64,000 nucleotides of DNA from Candidatus Caldarchaeales archaeon (GTDB lineage Archaea; Thermoproteota; Nitrososphaeria_A; Caldarchaeales; Calditenuaceae). The stretch covers positions 30,768-94,767 of the forward strand of contig JBCNVM010000001.1 of assembly GCA_039630085.1 (NCBI GenBank), given 5' to 3'. The notes under the pieces are model-generated. The model was not told where the DNA came from. It was given only the letters and a program-made list of their open reading frames with translations, and searched no databases. The position numbers and the translations under genes were made by a program. This document shows, one piece after another, positions 17,140 to 26,291 of this stretch; within the stretch, counting starts at the first letter, position 1; each line of letters starts with the position of its first letter.

Positions 17140-17550
17140 CCCGGGATCCGCGAGCTCGAGGGGTTCGGGGTCGTCCCGAGGAAGTTCCGTTCGATGGCAT
17201 GGGCCGCCCTCTACGCCGGGGGACGATCAGAATGGGATCCGGACATGTTGATGTCGAGGAGCTCGGGTTCCGGCGATCGACGCGGACGGCAGATCGGCTC
17301 CCGGCGTTCGGGGCCTCATCTTTGGGGCTACGAATCAAAGAGCGACTCAGTGCGCGAGTCGGTGGCGGAGACTGAAGGCAGTGGTCAAGCCCTCGTCCCG
17401 TACGGCTACCGCGTCTGTCCAGGACGACGTTGTCTGCGGAGCTTGGACCACGGCGACTCCGCCTCAGTGGGCCGCGCGCACTCCTGAGAAGATGAAAGCC
17501 GCTGTGACGTCGAGCGCTTGAGCCGTTTCTCCCGAGCAGGGAGAAGCTCA
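17140..17550 (+). ncRNA. candidate structured non-coding RNA, family unverified; weak RNase P-like motifs
   Basis: A ~450-bp GC-rich gap whose only ORFs are R/S/G/P-rich and implausible. GAGGAAGTTCC at 17178-17188 resembles CR-I; AGATGAAAG at 17490-17498 resembles CR-IV. A 12-bp interrupted hairpin lies at 17519-17550. No CR-V (ACAGAA..GGCTTA) was found. Confidence 0.3.
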
Positions 17551-17584
17551 GCATTTATTCCGAGGTCACGGGATCGAACTTCGG

Positions 17585-19309
17585 ATGAACCCCGAGGACA
17601 TCCGCCAGCTGGTCTACAAGTGGGCCCTCAAGAACGCGCACGACCACGGCGGGTCGGCACAGGACAAGGCTGTGATCTCTAAGGTGATCGCGGAGAGGCC
17701 GGAGCTGAAGGCCTCGATATCCGCGCTCTTGGAGCTGGTGAGGGAGGTCGTAGGGCAGGTCAACTCGATGACGCCCGACGCGATCGCGCAGGCCCTCTCG
17801 GAGCTGGCCCCCGAGCTCCTGGTCGAGAGGAAGGTCGAGGCCAAGAGGAGGCTTCCCCCGCTCCCGAACGCCGTCCCGGGGAACGTGGTGACGAGGCTGC
17901 CGCCGGAGCCGAGCGGTTACATGCACATCGGCCACGCGCTCAGCGGGCTTCTCAACTACCTCTACAAGGAGATGTACGGAGGGAAGGTCTGGCTCAGGTT
18001 CGAGGACACGGACCCGAGGAAGGTGAGGCCGGAGTACTACGACAGCTACAGGGACGGGTACAGGTGGGCCGGGATAAGGTGGGACCACGAGAAGTGCAAC
18101 AGCGACGACATGGAGCTCTTCTATCACTACGCGGTCAAGCTGATCGAATCAGGGAGGGCCTACGCCTGCGCGTGCAGCCGCGAGACCATGAAGAGGCTGA
18201 GGTCCGAGGGCGTCCCCTGCGAGCACAGGGCCCAGCCCGCCGAGGTCAACGCGGAGCTCTGGGAGGGGATGCTGGAGGGCAGGTTCTCCGAAGGCGAGGT
18301 CTCGCTGCGGCTCGTCGGAGACATGGCTTCGGCGAACACGACCCTGAGGGACCCCGTGATCATGAGAATCGTAGAGTCGCCGCACCCGTTGAAGGGCGAC
18401 AGGTACAGGGTCTGGCCTACCTACGACTTCGCGGTCAGCATAGAGGACGCGATATGCGGGGTCACCCACGTTCTCCGGACATCGGAGTTCATGCTCAGGG
18501 ACGAGCTCCAGAACCTGATAAGACAGTACCTCTCGATGCCCAACCCGACCTACGTCGAGTACGAGAGGTTCGAGTTCGAGGGGACGCCCGTCTCGAGGAG
18601 GGAGATCAGGTCGCTCATCGAGAGGGGCGTGGTCTCGGGATGGGACGACCCGAGGCTCGCGACGATCGCCTCGATCAGGAGGAGGGGGATAGTCCCGGAG
18701 GCGCTGAAGGAGTTCGTCGAGAGGTACGTCGCCTTGACGCAGAGCAGGAAGGTCTACTCCTGGGACCTCCTCTACGCGATCAACAGGAGGATGATCGACG
18801 ACCGGGCGCCGAGGATGTTCTTCGTCAAGGACCCCGTGAGGCTCAGGCTGGAGGGCCCGGGCACCCTCAAGGTCGATGTGCCCCTGCACCCGAGCGGGAG
18901 GCTCGGGCAGAGGAGGCTGAGGGTCTCGGGGGAGGTCTACGTCCCCGCGGAGGACGTCAGGGCCGTCGGTCCCGGGGGCGCGCTCAGGCTGAAGTTCCTC
19001 GGCAACGTGACGCTGAGGTCAGTCTCCGACGGCGACGCGGTGGGGGTCCTCGAGGCCGCACCGCCGTTACCGGGCCTTAGAGTGATCCAGTGGGTGCCGG
19101 TAGAGGAGGCCGTGAACGTGAGGGTTCTGATCCCGGGACCGCTCCTTAACCCGGACGGATCCCTGAACGACTCGAGCTTGGAGGTCGTCGAGGGCGTCGC
19201 CGAGAGAGCCGTGACCTCGCTGGATGTGGATATGCACGTCCAGTTCGAAAGGTTCGGGTACTGCGTTAGGGACAGGTCACCCAACGCCTTCGTGATGGCT
19301 CACCGCTGA
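17585..19309 (+). CDS. gltX: glutamyl-tRNA synthetase (archaeal type)
   Basis: 574 aa; class I HIGH region PEPSGYMHIGHA; archaeal/eukaryotic-type catalytic and anticodon-binding domains. Confidence 0.93.
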   Translation: MNPEDIRQLVYKWALKNAHDHGGSAQDKAVISKVIAERPELKASISALLELVREVVGQVNSMTPDAIAQALSELAPELLVERKVEAKRRLPPLPNAVPGNVVTRLPPEPSGYMHIGHALSGLLNYLYKEMYGGKVWLRFEDTDPRKVRPEYYDSYRDGYRWAGIRWDHEKCNSDDMELFYHYAVKLIESGRAYACACSRETMKRLRSEGVPCEHRAQPAEVNAELWEGMLEGRFSEGEVSLRLVGDMASANTTLRDPVIMRIVESPHPLKGDRYRVWPTYDFAVSIEDAICGVTHVLRTSEFMLRDELQNLIRQYLSMPNPTYVEYERFEFEGTPVSRREIRSLIERGVVSGWDDPRLATIASIRRRGIVPEALKEFVERYVALTQSRKVYSWDLLYAINRRMIDDRAPRMFFVKDPVRLRLEGPGTLKVDVPLHPSGRLGQRRLRVSGEVYVPAEDVRAVGPGGALRLKFLGNVTLRSVSDGDAVGVLEAAPPLPGLRVIQWVPVEEAVNVRVLIPGPLLNPDGSLNDSSLEVVEGVAERAVTSLDVDMHVQFERFGYCVRDRSPNAFVMAHR

Positions 19310-19428
19310 CGCCTCTTCCTCACGAACTGCTCGTGTCCCCTCGGACAGACGACGTAGTAGTGGTCACCTCTGTCCTCCTCGTGGACCGACTCGACCTCGA
19401 CCCTGCAGATCAGGCACTCGAACCTCAA
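19300..19428 (-). CDS. small zinc-ribbon-like protein (42 aa); not in the ORF track
   Basis: My translation: TTG start 12 nt after the stop of the upstream 131-aa gene, giving MRFECLICRVEVESVHEEDRGDHYYVVCPRGHEQFVRKRRQR (CxxC...CxxxH, basic tail). It overlaps the gltX 3' end by 10 nt, convergently. Confidence 0.4.
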   Translation of the reverse strand: MRFECLICRVEVESVHEEDRGDHYYVVCPRGHEQFVRKRRQR

Positions 19429-19439
19429 GCGCTCCCACC

Positions 19440-19835
19440 TCAGGGGGGCCTCTGGAACGCGAGCTTGCCCCCCTCCATGACCAGCTCGTACTCCTCGTTA
19501 ACCTCGAACTTCACCCCGAGCCTCTCGTACTCCTCCTCGGTCAGGTAGAGGACCATCTTGGGGATCACCCTGTCCCTCTGGACCGGCATCAGGCCCATCC
19601 ACTGGAGCTGCGTGAGGAGCGACTGGAAGATCTGCTGGGCGACGACGACCTCCTCCGCGGCGTAGACGCCCCTCGAGGAGGGAGCTGGCCTGACCTCGAC
19701 CAGCTCGATCACCTTGCCGGGCCTCCCGGTGTCCGGGTCGCTGTAGGAGGAGACCCTGAAGACCCTGACCCGAACCCTCACGGGCGGACGGATGGCTCCG
19801 AGGTGATAAGTCTGACCTCGGACAGGGTACCACAC
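19440..19835 (-). CDS. hypothetical protein (131 aa)
   Basis: ORF track; protein-like composition; no family recognised. Confidence 0.55.
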   Translation of the reverse strand: MWYPVRGQTYHLGAIRPPVRVRVRVFRVSSYSDPDTGRPGKVIELVEVRPAPSSRGVYAAEEVVVAQQIFQSLLTQLQWMGLMPVQRDRVIPKMVLYLTEEEYERLGVKFEVNEEYELVMEGGKLAFQRPP

Positions 19836-19863
19836 CGTTAAATCGGTCCCGGAGGGACGTTGC

Positions 19864-20283
19864 GTGATGACCGAGAGGACCTTCGTGATGCTGAAGCCGA
19901 GCGCGGTCGAGAGGGGGCTGATCGGCGAGATAATCTCGAGGTTCGAGAGGAAGGGGCTCAGGCTGGTCGCGATGAAGGCCCTGACCCTGTCCAGAGCCCA
20001 GGCGGAGGAGCTCTACTCCGTCCACAGGGGGAAGCACTTCTACGAGGAGCTGGTGAACAGGATGTCCGGGAGGAGGGTCGTGGTCATGGTGCTGGAGGGC
20101 AGGTCGGCGGTCTCCGTCGTCAGGAAGCTCACCGGAGCGACCGATCCCGTGAACGCGGAGCCAGGGACTATAAGGGGGGACCTGGGACTCGACCTGACGG
20201 ACAACCTGGTCCACGCCTCCGACAGCGCGGAGAGCTTCTCCCGGGAGTGCTCGATATTCTTCAGCACCTCCGAGCTTACATGA
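19864..20283 (+). CDS. ndk: nucleoside diphosphate kinase
   Basis: 139 aa; ERTFVMLKP...GLIGEIISRFERKG...GATDP..A.PGTIRGD...N.VHASDS. Confidence 0.95.
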   Translation: MMTERTFVMLKPSAVERGLIGEIISRFERKGLRLVAMKALTLSRAQAEELYSVHRGKHFYEELVNRMSGRRVVVMVLEGRSAVSVVRKLTGATDPVNAEPGTIRGDLGLDLTDNLVHASDSAESFSRECSIFFSTSELT

Positions 20284-20343
20284 TGAAGGACCAATAACAG
20301 TCCTCAAATAAAACTTATCTATCACTATTCCATATCTAAATCG

Positions 20344-21249
20344 GTGGAGAGCGCAGTAGAGAGGGACGAGTACGAATCGGCGTCCGGCGCTCAACCATCC
20401 TTTTTGGACTACCGGTCGGTGCAGTCCTTCCCGGAAGAAACTCGGGAGATCTCGGCCCTCCACGCTTTACGGAGCTCCATGATCACCTATTCTAGGATGC
20501 TGTTCGCGAGGCAGATAGACGGCCGGACCTACCTCGAGCTGATGGCCAACGCCTACGAGCAGATCAGGAGGGTCCTGATGAAGGCCCTCGAGGAGGGGTA
20601 CCCAGAGAGCTTCTTCCGGAGCTACGCGGAGGTCTTCAGCGACCCTGCCGTGACGAAGACGGCCGTCTTTCTCATCTACAACCACAAGTCCTTCGGCCTG
20701 AGCCTCGAGGAGGCCAAGTGGTGCGGCCTGGTGCTTCAGGGCAACGTCGCCGACGCGGGGCCGCCGCCGGTCGGGCGTCCCCAGCCCTCTACGGAAGTGC
20801 GTCCTAAGGTGGAGGGACCTCCGACCATCGACGAGGGGCTTCAGGCCCGGGTCGTTGAAAAGGAGCCAGCGGTCGCTAAGGCTGCGTCCTCCACCACCGG
20901 GACCCCGGGTGCCGCGGTCGAGGTCCAAGACGAATTCACCGAGATCGCGAACGCCCTCCGGGTCGAGAGGGACAGGCTGCCGGAGAGGGAGCGGCACCTC
21001 GTGTATCTGGCCCTGTTAGCGATTTCCTACTGTAGGGGTAAAGTGGACCGGTCGCAGCTGGTTAATCTCGGTAACGAGTATCTGGATAAGGCGGTCGGGC
21101 TCGACGCGATTTACTTGGGTGAGGCGAGGAAGGCCCTGCTCAGAAGGCTGGCCTCGATGCTGAAGGGCAGGAACGTCCCCTCCGCGATTATAGCGGTGTT
21201 CGAGAACCCAGAGATCCTGAGCTCCGGCAGGAGGATCAGGATCCAGTGA
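20344..21249 (+). CDS. hypothetical two-domain protein with a Pro/Ala-rich central linker
   Basis: 301 aa; two helical-looking domains separated by ADAGPPPVGRPQPS...TTGTPGAA; no motif recognised. Confidence 0.5.
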   Translation: MESAVERDEYESASGAQPSFLDYRSVQSFPEETREISALHALRSSMITYSRMLFARQIDGRTYLELMANAYEQIRRVLMKALEEGYPESFFRSYAEVFSDPAVTKTAVFLIYNHKSFGLSLEEAKWCGLVLQGNVADAGPPPVGRPQPSTEVRPKVEGPPTIDEGLQARVVEKEPAVAKAASSTTGTPGAAVEVQDEFTEIANALRVERDRLPERERHLVYLALLAISYCRGKVDRSQLVNLGNEYLDKAVGLDAIYLGEARKALLRRLASMLKGRNVPSAIIAVFENPEILSSGRRIRIQ

Positions 21250-21448
21250 CCCCTCGCTTCTGAATCGCGGCCGTCTTGCCCGCGAGCGTCCACTTGACCT
21301 TCCTCGGGTCCTTCCTGCGCTCGACCATGTAGACCCTGCACCTCCTGCTGCAGAACCAGAGGAGCGTCCCGTCCCTCCTGACGTAGAGCATCCCGACCCC
21401 GTGGGGGAACTGCCTCTCGCAGAAGGCGCACCTGTGCGTCGTCACCAT
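21236..21448 (-). CDS. rpl24e: 50S ribosomal protein L24e
   Basis: From the internal ATG at 21448: MVTTHRCAFCERQFPHGVGMLYVRRDGTLLWFCSRRCRVYM..RKDPRKVKWT. The longer track ORF adds 10 aa that look non-homologous. Confidence 0.9.
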   Translation of the reverse strand: MVTTHRCAFCERQFPHGVGMLYVRRDGTLLWFCSRRCRVYMVERRKDPRKVKWTLAGKTAAIQKRGVTGS

Positions 21449-21571
21449 CTCCTTTCGTGCTGCTTCGCTGGGGCTCAACTTAAAGACCTTGCCGCACGGG
21501 GGACGCCCGAGCGGCGGCGACCCGAAGCATCGGGAACGCCGGAGGACGGAGGGAAACGGTGGTTTGCGGCG

Positions 21572-21659
21572 CGGGCCCGCCGGGACTCGAACCCGGGACC
21601 TTCGGCTTTCCCCGGCCAGATAGAAGGCCGACGCTCTGTCCTGGCTGAGCTACGGGCCC
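21572..21659 (-). tRNA. tRNA-Arg(UCU) with a ~13-nt canonical (37/38) intron
   Basis: Minus-strand read: GGGCCCG-TA-GCTC..AGAGC-G-TCGGC-CTTCTA[TCTGGCCGGGGAA]A-GCCGA-AGGTC-CCGGG-TTCGAGT-CCCGG-CGGGCCC-G. 88 nt. Confidence 0.85.
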
Positions 21660-21725
21660 CACATGACTCACTCGCAGGTGAATATCAAGTGAGCGCAGGA
21701 CCGCTCTGGATGAGTTTTCGCGTCC

Positions 21726-22433
21726 TCAGACGCCGACGGCTAAGAACTTCCTGATCTGCTCTACCTCGGCATCGAACCTGTCGGACGTCGACTCCCAGAC
21801 TATCTTACCTCCGACCATCACGAGGACCCTGTCAGACACCTTCGTCAGGAGCTTGTACCGCGTCCCTTGCTCAACTAGGAGCACCGAGAGCCCCGACTCC
21901 TTCATCGTAGTTATTATTCCGTAAATCCGGTTGGCGATGATGGGACTGACGCCCTCTGTGGGCTCGTCGACCAACAAGATCGAGGGCTTCATGAGGAGGG
22001 CCCTTAGGAGCGCGACTATCTTCCTCTCGCCGCCGCTCAGGGAGTCCGCCCGCCTGTCGAGCAGCGACTTCACCTCGGGATAAATCTCGACCGCCTGGCT
22101 CAGGTCAACCTGCTTCCTCCCCGCGGCGAGCCTGAAGTTGTCGAGCACCGACACGCCGGGGATAAGGCCGGTGTAGTCCGGCACATACGCGACGCCCCTC
22201 GAGGCTATCGCGTGGGTCGGAAGCCGCGAGATGTCGGTCCCGTTCAGGATCACCTTGCCCCTCTTCGCGACCCCGATGTTCATCACCGACTTGAGCAGAG
22301 TGGTCTTCCCCACACCGTTCCTCCCTATCAGGGAGACGACCTCGCCCCTCTGCACGTCGAGGCTGACGTCGAAGAGCACCTGAGCCTTGCCGTAAAAGGC
22401 GTCGAGGTTGCGGACCGAGAGGACCTCGCTCAT
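21726..22433 (-). CDS. livF: branched-chain amino acid ABC transporter, ATP-binding protein LivF
   Basis: 235 aa; Walker A GRNGVGKTT, signature LSGGERK, Walker B LLLVDEP. Confidence 0.9.
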   Translation of the reverse strand: MSEVLSVRNLDAFYGKAQVLFDVSLDVQRGEVVSLIGRNGVGKTTLLKSVMNIGVAKRGKVILNGTDISRLPTHAIASRGVAYVPDYTGLIPGVSVLDNFRLAAGRKQVDLSQAVEIYPEVKSLLDRRADSLSGGERKIVALLRALLMKPSILLVDEPTEGVSPIIANRIYGIITTMKESGLSVLLVEQGTRYKLLTKVSDRVLVMVGGKIVWESTSDRFDAEVEQIRKFLAVGV

Positions 22434-23128
22434 CCCAGATACACCTCCCTCACCCTCGAGTCCGCGGCTATCGCCTGCGGCGCGCCGTCCGCGAGGACCT
22501 CTCCCCGGTGCATCACGACGATCCGACGGGCCAGCGTGAAGACGACGTCCATGTCGTGCTCGACCACGACCAGTGTCACACTCGACGGGAGTGACTGGAG
22601 CAGAGAGACTATTCTCTCCTTCTCGCCGACGTTGAGTCCTGCGGTGGGCTCGTCGAGGAAGAGGACCGAGGGCTTCGAGAGGAGGGCCATCCCCAGCTCG
22701 AGGACCTTCATCAGCCCGTAGGGGAGGAGCGCCGCCCTAGTGGTGAGGTAGTGTTTGAGCCCCAACCCCTCGATGAGCCCCCTCACCTCCCCGGCGTCGG
22801 CTCCCGCCGTAGAGGACGCCACCATCAGGTTCTGCTCGACGGTGAGGGACTTGAAGACGCTCGGGATCTGGAAGGTCCTGTTGAGCCCCTCCTTCACCCT
22901 CTCGTGTGGGCTCTGCCCGGTGATGTCACGGCCGTTGAGGAGGACCTTGCCCTCGTCGGCCCTCAACTGTCCTGTGACGAGGTTGATGAAGGTCGTCTTC
23001 CCTGCGCCGTTTGGGCCGATTATCGCGGTCCTCTCGCCCTCCTCGAAGGAGAGGGAGACCCTGTTGACGGCGACGAACTCGCCGAACCTCTTGACCAGCC
23101 CCTCTGTCCTCAGAACCTCCCTCCCCAT
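22430..23128 (-). CDS. livG: branched-chain amino acid ABC transporter, ATP-binding protein LivG
   Basis: Trimmed to the ATG at 23128 (MGREVLRTEGLVKRFG...). Walker A GPNGAGKTT, Walker B LFLDEP. The upstream part of the track ORF overlaps livM in another frame. Confidence 0.88.
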   Translation of the reverse strand: MGREVLRTEGLVKRFGEFVAVNRVSLSFEEGERTAIIGPNGAGKTTFINLVTGQLRADEGKVLLNGRDITGQSPHERVKEGLNRTFQIPSVFKSLTVEQNLMVASSTAGADAGEVRGLIEGLGLKHYLTTRAALLPYGLMKVLELGMALLSKPSVLFLDEPTAGLNVGEKERIVSLLQSLPSSVTLVVVEHDMDVVFTLARRIVVMHRGEVLADGAPQAIAADSRVREVYLG

Positions 23129-24054
23129 AGCCTCTCCACCAGCCCCAGAATGCCTCCCCTGGCGCCGAGGAGGAGCGCTACTAGAACGATCCCCATGAAG
23201 AGCTGCCAGAACTCCGCGACTCGCGCGGTGACCGTGGTCACTGTCACGAAGACGGCGGCACCCACGGGCGGACCGAGGAAGTATTGAGAGCCTCCGAGGA
23301 GCGTCATGATCAGGGGCTCCGCAGCCATGGTCCAGTACGCGATGTCCGGGGTCACGGTCCTCATCAGGAGGGCGTAGAGGGTTCCCGCGAGGCCGCTGAA
23401 GGCCCCGGAGATCACGAGCCCGGCCAGCTTGTACCTGTAGACGCTCAGCCCGGTGAACTTGAACCTGTCCTCGTTGTCGCCGAGGGCCCTCAGGAGCAGC
23501 CCTAGCCTCGAACTGTCGATCCACCTCAGCAGCAGCACGCTGACCGCGAAGAACAGGAAGAGCATCGGGTAGAAGCTCTCGACCGTCGGCATACTGAAGT
23601 ACGCGGACGCCCTCGGTATCCCCGATATCCCGTCGCTCCCTCCGGTCACGTCCCTCCACTTGATCAGGAGCGAGTAGAAAAGCATCGCGAAGGCGAGCGT
23701 CAGCATCGCGAAGTAGATGCTGGTGTGCCGCAGGGTGAGGGCGCCCACCGCGAGAGCCAGGAGGAGGGCGAGCGCGAGGCCTACTGCCATCCCGACGAGC
23801 ATGTCGGGGACGAACCGCGTCGTGGTCAGGGCCAGACCGTATGCGCCAGCCGCGAAGAAGAGCGAGTGGCCGAAGGAGACGTGCTTGAGGTACCCGAAGA
23901 CCACGTTGTACGCGTTGGCGAATATCGCGAAGATCATGAAGAGGGAGGTCAGGTAGATCAGGAAGCCGTCACGCGTCAGCCCGACGGCGGCCGCTGCCGC
24001 GACCATGAAGATCAGTAGCGCCTCCCGCCTCAACGCTCCCCGAAGATCCCCCAT
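23110..24054 (-). CDS. livM: branched-chain amino acid ABC transporter permease LivM
   Basis: 314 aa polytopic membrane protein of LivM type, positioned between livH and livG. Confidence 0.85.
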   Translation of the reverse strand: MGDLRGALRREALLIFMVAAAAAVGLTRDGFLIYLTSLFMIFAIFANAYNVVFGYLKHVSFGHSLFFAAGAYGLALTTTRFVPDMLVGMAVGLALALLLALAVGALTLRHTSIYFAMLTLAFAMLFYSLLIKWRDVTGGSDGISGIPRASAYFSMPTVESFYPMLFLFFAVSVLLLRWIDSSRLGLLLRALGDNEDRFKFTGLSVYRYKLAGLVISGAFSGLAGTLYALLMRTVTPDIAYWTMAAEPLIMTLLGGSQYFLGPPVGAAVFVTVTTVTARVAEFWQLFMGIVLVALLLGARGGILGLVERLWGGRF

Positions 24055-24890
24055 GGTCTCACCAGCAGCACCACGGTCATGATCACGAAGATGAGGAGGA
24101 TGTCGACCTCAGGGACGAACATGATGAAGAGGCTCTCGGAGACGCCGATGATCATCGACGCGATGAACGCCCCCACGAGATTGCCTAGGCCCGCTACGAC
24201 GACGATGATGAACGCCACGATGATGAGGGAGTCCCCGAGCCCCGGGGCCACGGGTGTGAACGCCACCATGAAGGCACCGCCGAGCCCCGCCAAGAAGCTG
24301 CCCAGCATGAACGTCCTGCTGAAGATCCCTCTGCTGTCTATCCTGAGGGCCTCAGCCATGTGGAGGTCCCTCCAAGTCGCCCTTACCTTCAGCCCCCAGA
24401 AGGTCCTCTCTATCAGGTAGTAGAGCAGGACGAGCGTCGCGAGGGCGAGCGCTATCACCACGAGGTAAAAGAGCGGGAAAGGCCTCGGCCCGATGTAGAC
24501 CGCCGTCGAGAGCTCCCTCGGGAGCGGAAGCGACCTCGACTCAGGACCCCAGATGAACTTGCTCGCGTCGTTGATGATCAGGGTCAGGGCGAAGGTCATG
24601 AGGAGCTGGTAGAGGTTCTCGATCTTGTAAAGGGGCCTCAGAAGGGCGACCTCGCTCGCGAGGCCCACCAGCGCCACCACGGCCGCTGAGCCGAGCACGG
24701 AGAGGGCGAAGTTCCCGGTGATGGAGTGCATGGTGAGGGCCGTGTACCCCCCGAGCACGAAGAAGGTCGCGTGCGCGAAGTTGACGACCCGCGTCACCCC
24801 GAAGATCAGGGTCAGGCCCGACGCGATCAGCCAGTAATACGAGGACCTGAAGAGCCCTGTCAGGGCCTGATAAAAAATGGCGTCGATCAT
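24030..24890 (-). CDS. livH: branched-chain amino acid ABC transporter permease LivH
   Basis: 286 aa polytopic membrane protein with LivH-type layout. Confidence 0.85.
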   Translation of the reverse strand: MIDAIFYQALTGLFRSSYYWLIASGLTLIFGVTRVVNFAHATFFVLGGYTALTMHSITGNFALSVLGSAAVVALVGLASEVALLRPLYKIENLYQLLMTFALTLIINDASKFIWGPESRSLPLPRELSTAVYIGPRPFPLFYLVVIALALATLVLLYYLIERTFWGLKVRATWRDLHMAEALRIDSRGIFSRTFMLGSFLAGLGGAFMVAFTPVAPGLGDSLIIVAFIIVVVAGLGNLVGAFIASMIIGVSESLFIMFVPEVDILLIFVIMTVVLLVRPWGIFGER

Positions 24891-24917
24891 GCGGCATCGT
24901 TCGACCAGTTGGTTGCG

Positions 24918-26291
24918 TCACGAGAACGGAGGCGACCTGTAGTACTCCCACGCCGACCTGGTGACGAGGCTGGTGAGAACCGGAATTTCTCCTCCGGTGT
25001 GCGCGATTTTGCCGTACGGGACGTCGTATATCGCTTGGTGGTCCTCGGGCCTGATCCACCTGGCGCCGGCGGGCGAGATGATGACGCGTCCCTCCGCCTG
25101 CTTGATCAGCGCGTCGATGTCGAAGGTCCCGGCGGACTCCAAGATCGACTTGACGAGGTAGATCGCGGTGTAGGTCGTCTCGGCGGAGTACGGCGGATAC
25201 TTCCCGTACTTGGCCCTGAATGCCCTCACGAAGGCCCTGTTGACCTCGTTGTCGGGGTAGAACCAGACGTACCTTCCCGAGACCCAAGTACCGAGCGGCG
25301 CCGTCGGGTAGTCGGCCCCGAGTTCGTAGACGACGTCTGTCGAGTAGCCCATCGGGTTGATGACCGCCCTCAGCTTATCGTAGGCTCCCAGCGCCTTCAG
25401 CTGCTTGTGCATTGTCGCCGCCTCTAACGCCCAGTTCGACGAGAAGAGGCCCTCCGCGCCCGCGGCGATCACCGCGGAGACGAAGGGACCGAAGTCCGTG
25501 GTCCCGGGACTTCTGTTGAACTGCTCCGCCACGAACTCGACGTCCGGCCTCAGCGCCGAGAGCGTCCTCTTGAAGAAGTCCCAGGAGACGCGGCCGTACT
25601 CGTAGTCCGGGTTGATGCCAGCCCACTTCTTCACCGGGAGGTCCTTGGCAACGTATGCCGCGAGTATTCCGTCCTGGTAGACCGGGACGGAGACCCTGAA
25701 GATCTGCTTGATCTTCTGCTTGTAGACGAGCTCCTCCGTCACCCTGTGAGTCGCGGCGTGGGTCACGATCAGGATCTTGTTCAGCTCCTGCATCAGCGGC
25801 CCGACCCTCATCGCGTTCCCGCTGGAGTCGACGCCCACGAGGAAGTCGACCCTTTCGGCCTCCACGAGCTCCCTGGCCTGTTTGACGACGTCGGCCGCCT
25901 CGTCGCGGATCGAGAGCTCGACCCTGCTGCCGAGGATCCCCCCCGCGGCGTTAATCTCCTCGGCCGCGAGCCTTGCCCCCTGCTCGATGAACGTCCCGTA
26001 AGTCGCCCACGGCCCTGTCCTGATGCCGAGGACTCCTATCTTCACCGTGTCCTTCGGGAGCTTCCTAACTGGCGTGACTTCCCTCGTCACGGTCACGGTC
26101 GTCTCCGGTCCGGGGCGCGTGACCGTGATCGTCCTCTCGCCGCCGGGCGCCGCGACGGTGGTGGTCCGGACCACCTCCCTGACCTCGGGTGACCTCAAGG
26201 CCCAGCCGAGCCCAGCGCCGACAACGACCCCCGCGACCCCACCTGCGAGGGTCGAGAGGAACCCACGCCTAGATATCTCCCCACGAGTCAT
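24918..26291 (-). CDS. ABC transporter substrate-binding protein (Liv/type I periplasmic binding fold) with a twin-arginine signal
   Basis: 457 aa; Tat motif SRRGFLS plus TM, a Thr/Val/Pro-rich linker, then a LivJ/K-like binding domain. First gene of the liv operon. Confidence 0.85.
   Translation of the reverse strand: MTRGEISRRGFLSTLAGGVAGVVVGAGLGWALRSPEVREVVRTTTVAAPGGERTITVTRPGPETTVTVTREVTPVRKLPKDTVKIGVLGIRTGPWATYGTFIEQGARLAAEEINAAGGILGSRVELSIRDEAADVVKQARELVEAERVDFLVGVDSSGNAMRVGPLMQELNKILIVTHAATHRVTEELVYKQKIKQIFRVSVPVYQDGILAAYVAKDLPVKKWAGINPDYEYGRVSWDFFKRTLSALRPDVEFVAEQFNRSPGTTDFGPFVSAVIAAGAEGLFSSNWALEAATMHKQLKALGAYDKLRAVINPMGYSTDVVYELGADYPTAPLGTWVSGRYVWFYPDNEVNRAFVRAFRAKYGKYPPYSAETTYTAIYLVKSILESAGTFDIDALIKQAEGRVIISPAGARWIRPEDHQAIYDVPYGKIAHTGGEIPVLTSLVTRSAWEYYRSPPFS

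Noticed and set aside
17102-17584. SRP (7S) RNA as the identity of the non-coding gap.
   Set aside because: Neither strand contains the conserved helix-8 GGAAG...AGCA-type core or a plausible 5'/3' Alu-domain pairing. It is kept only as an unclassified or RNase P-like candidate.
23129-23659. N-terminal 177 codons of the 409-aa track ORF for livG.
   Set aside because: This part overlaps livM in a different frame and has implausible composition. The ABC ATPase homology starts at the ATG at 23128.
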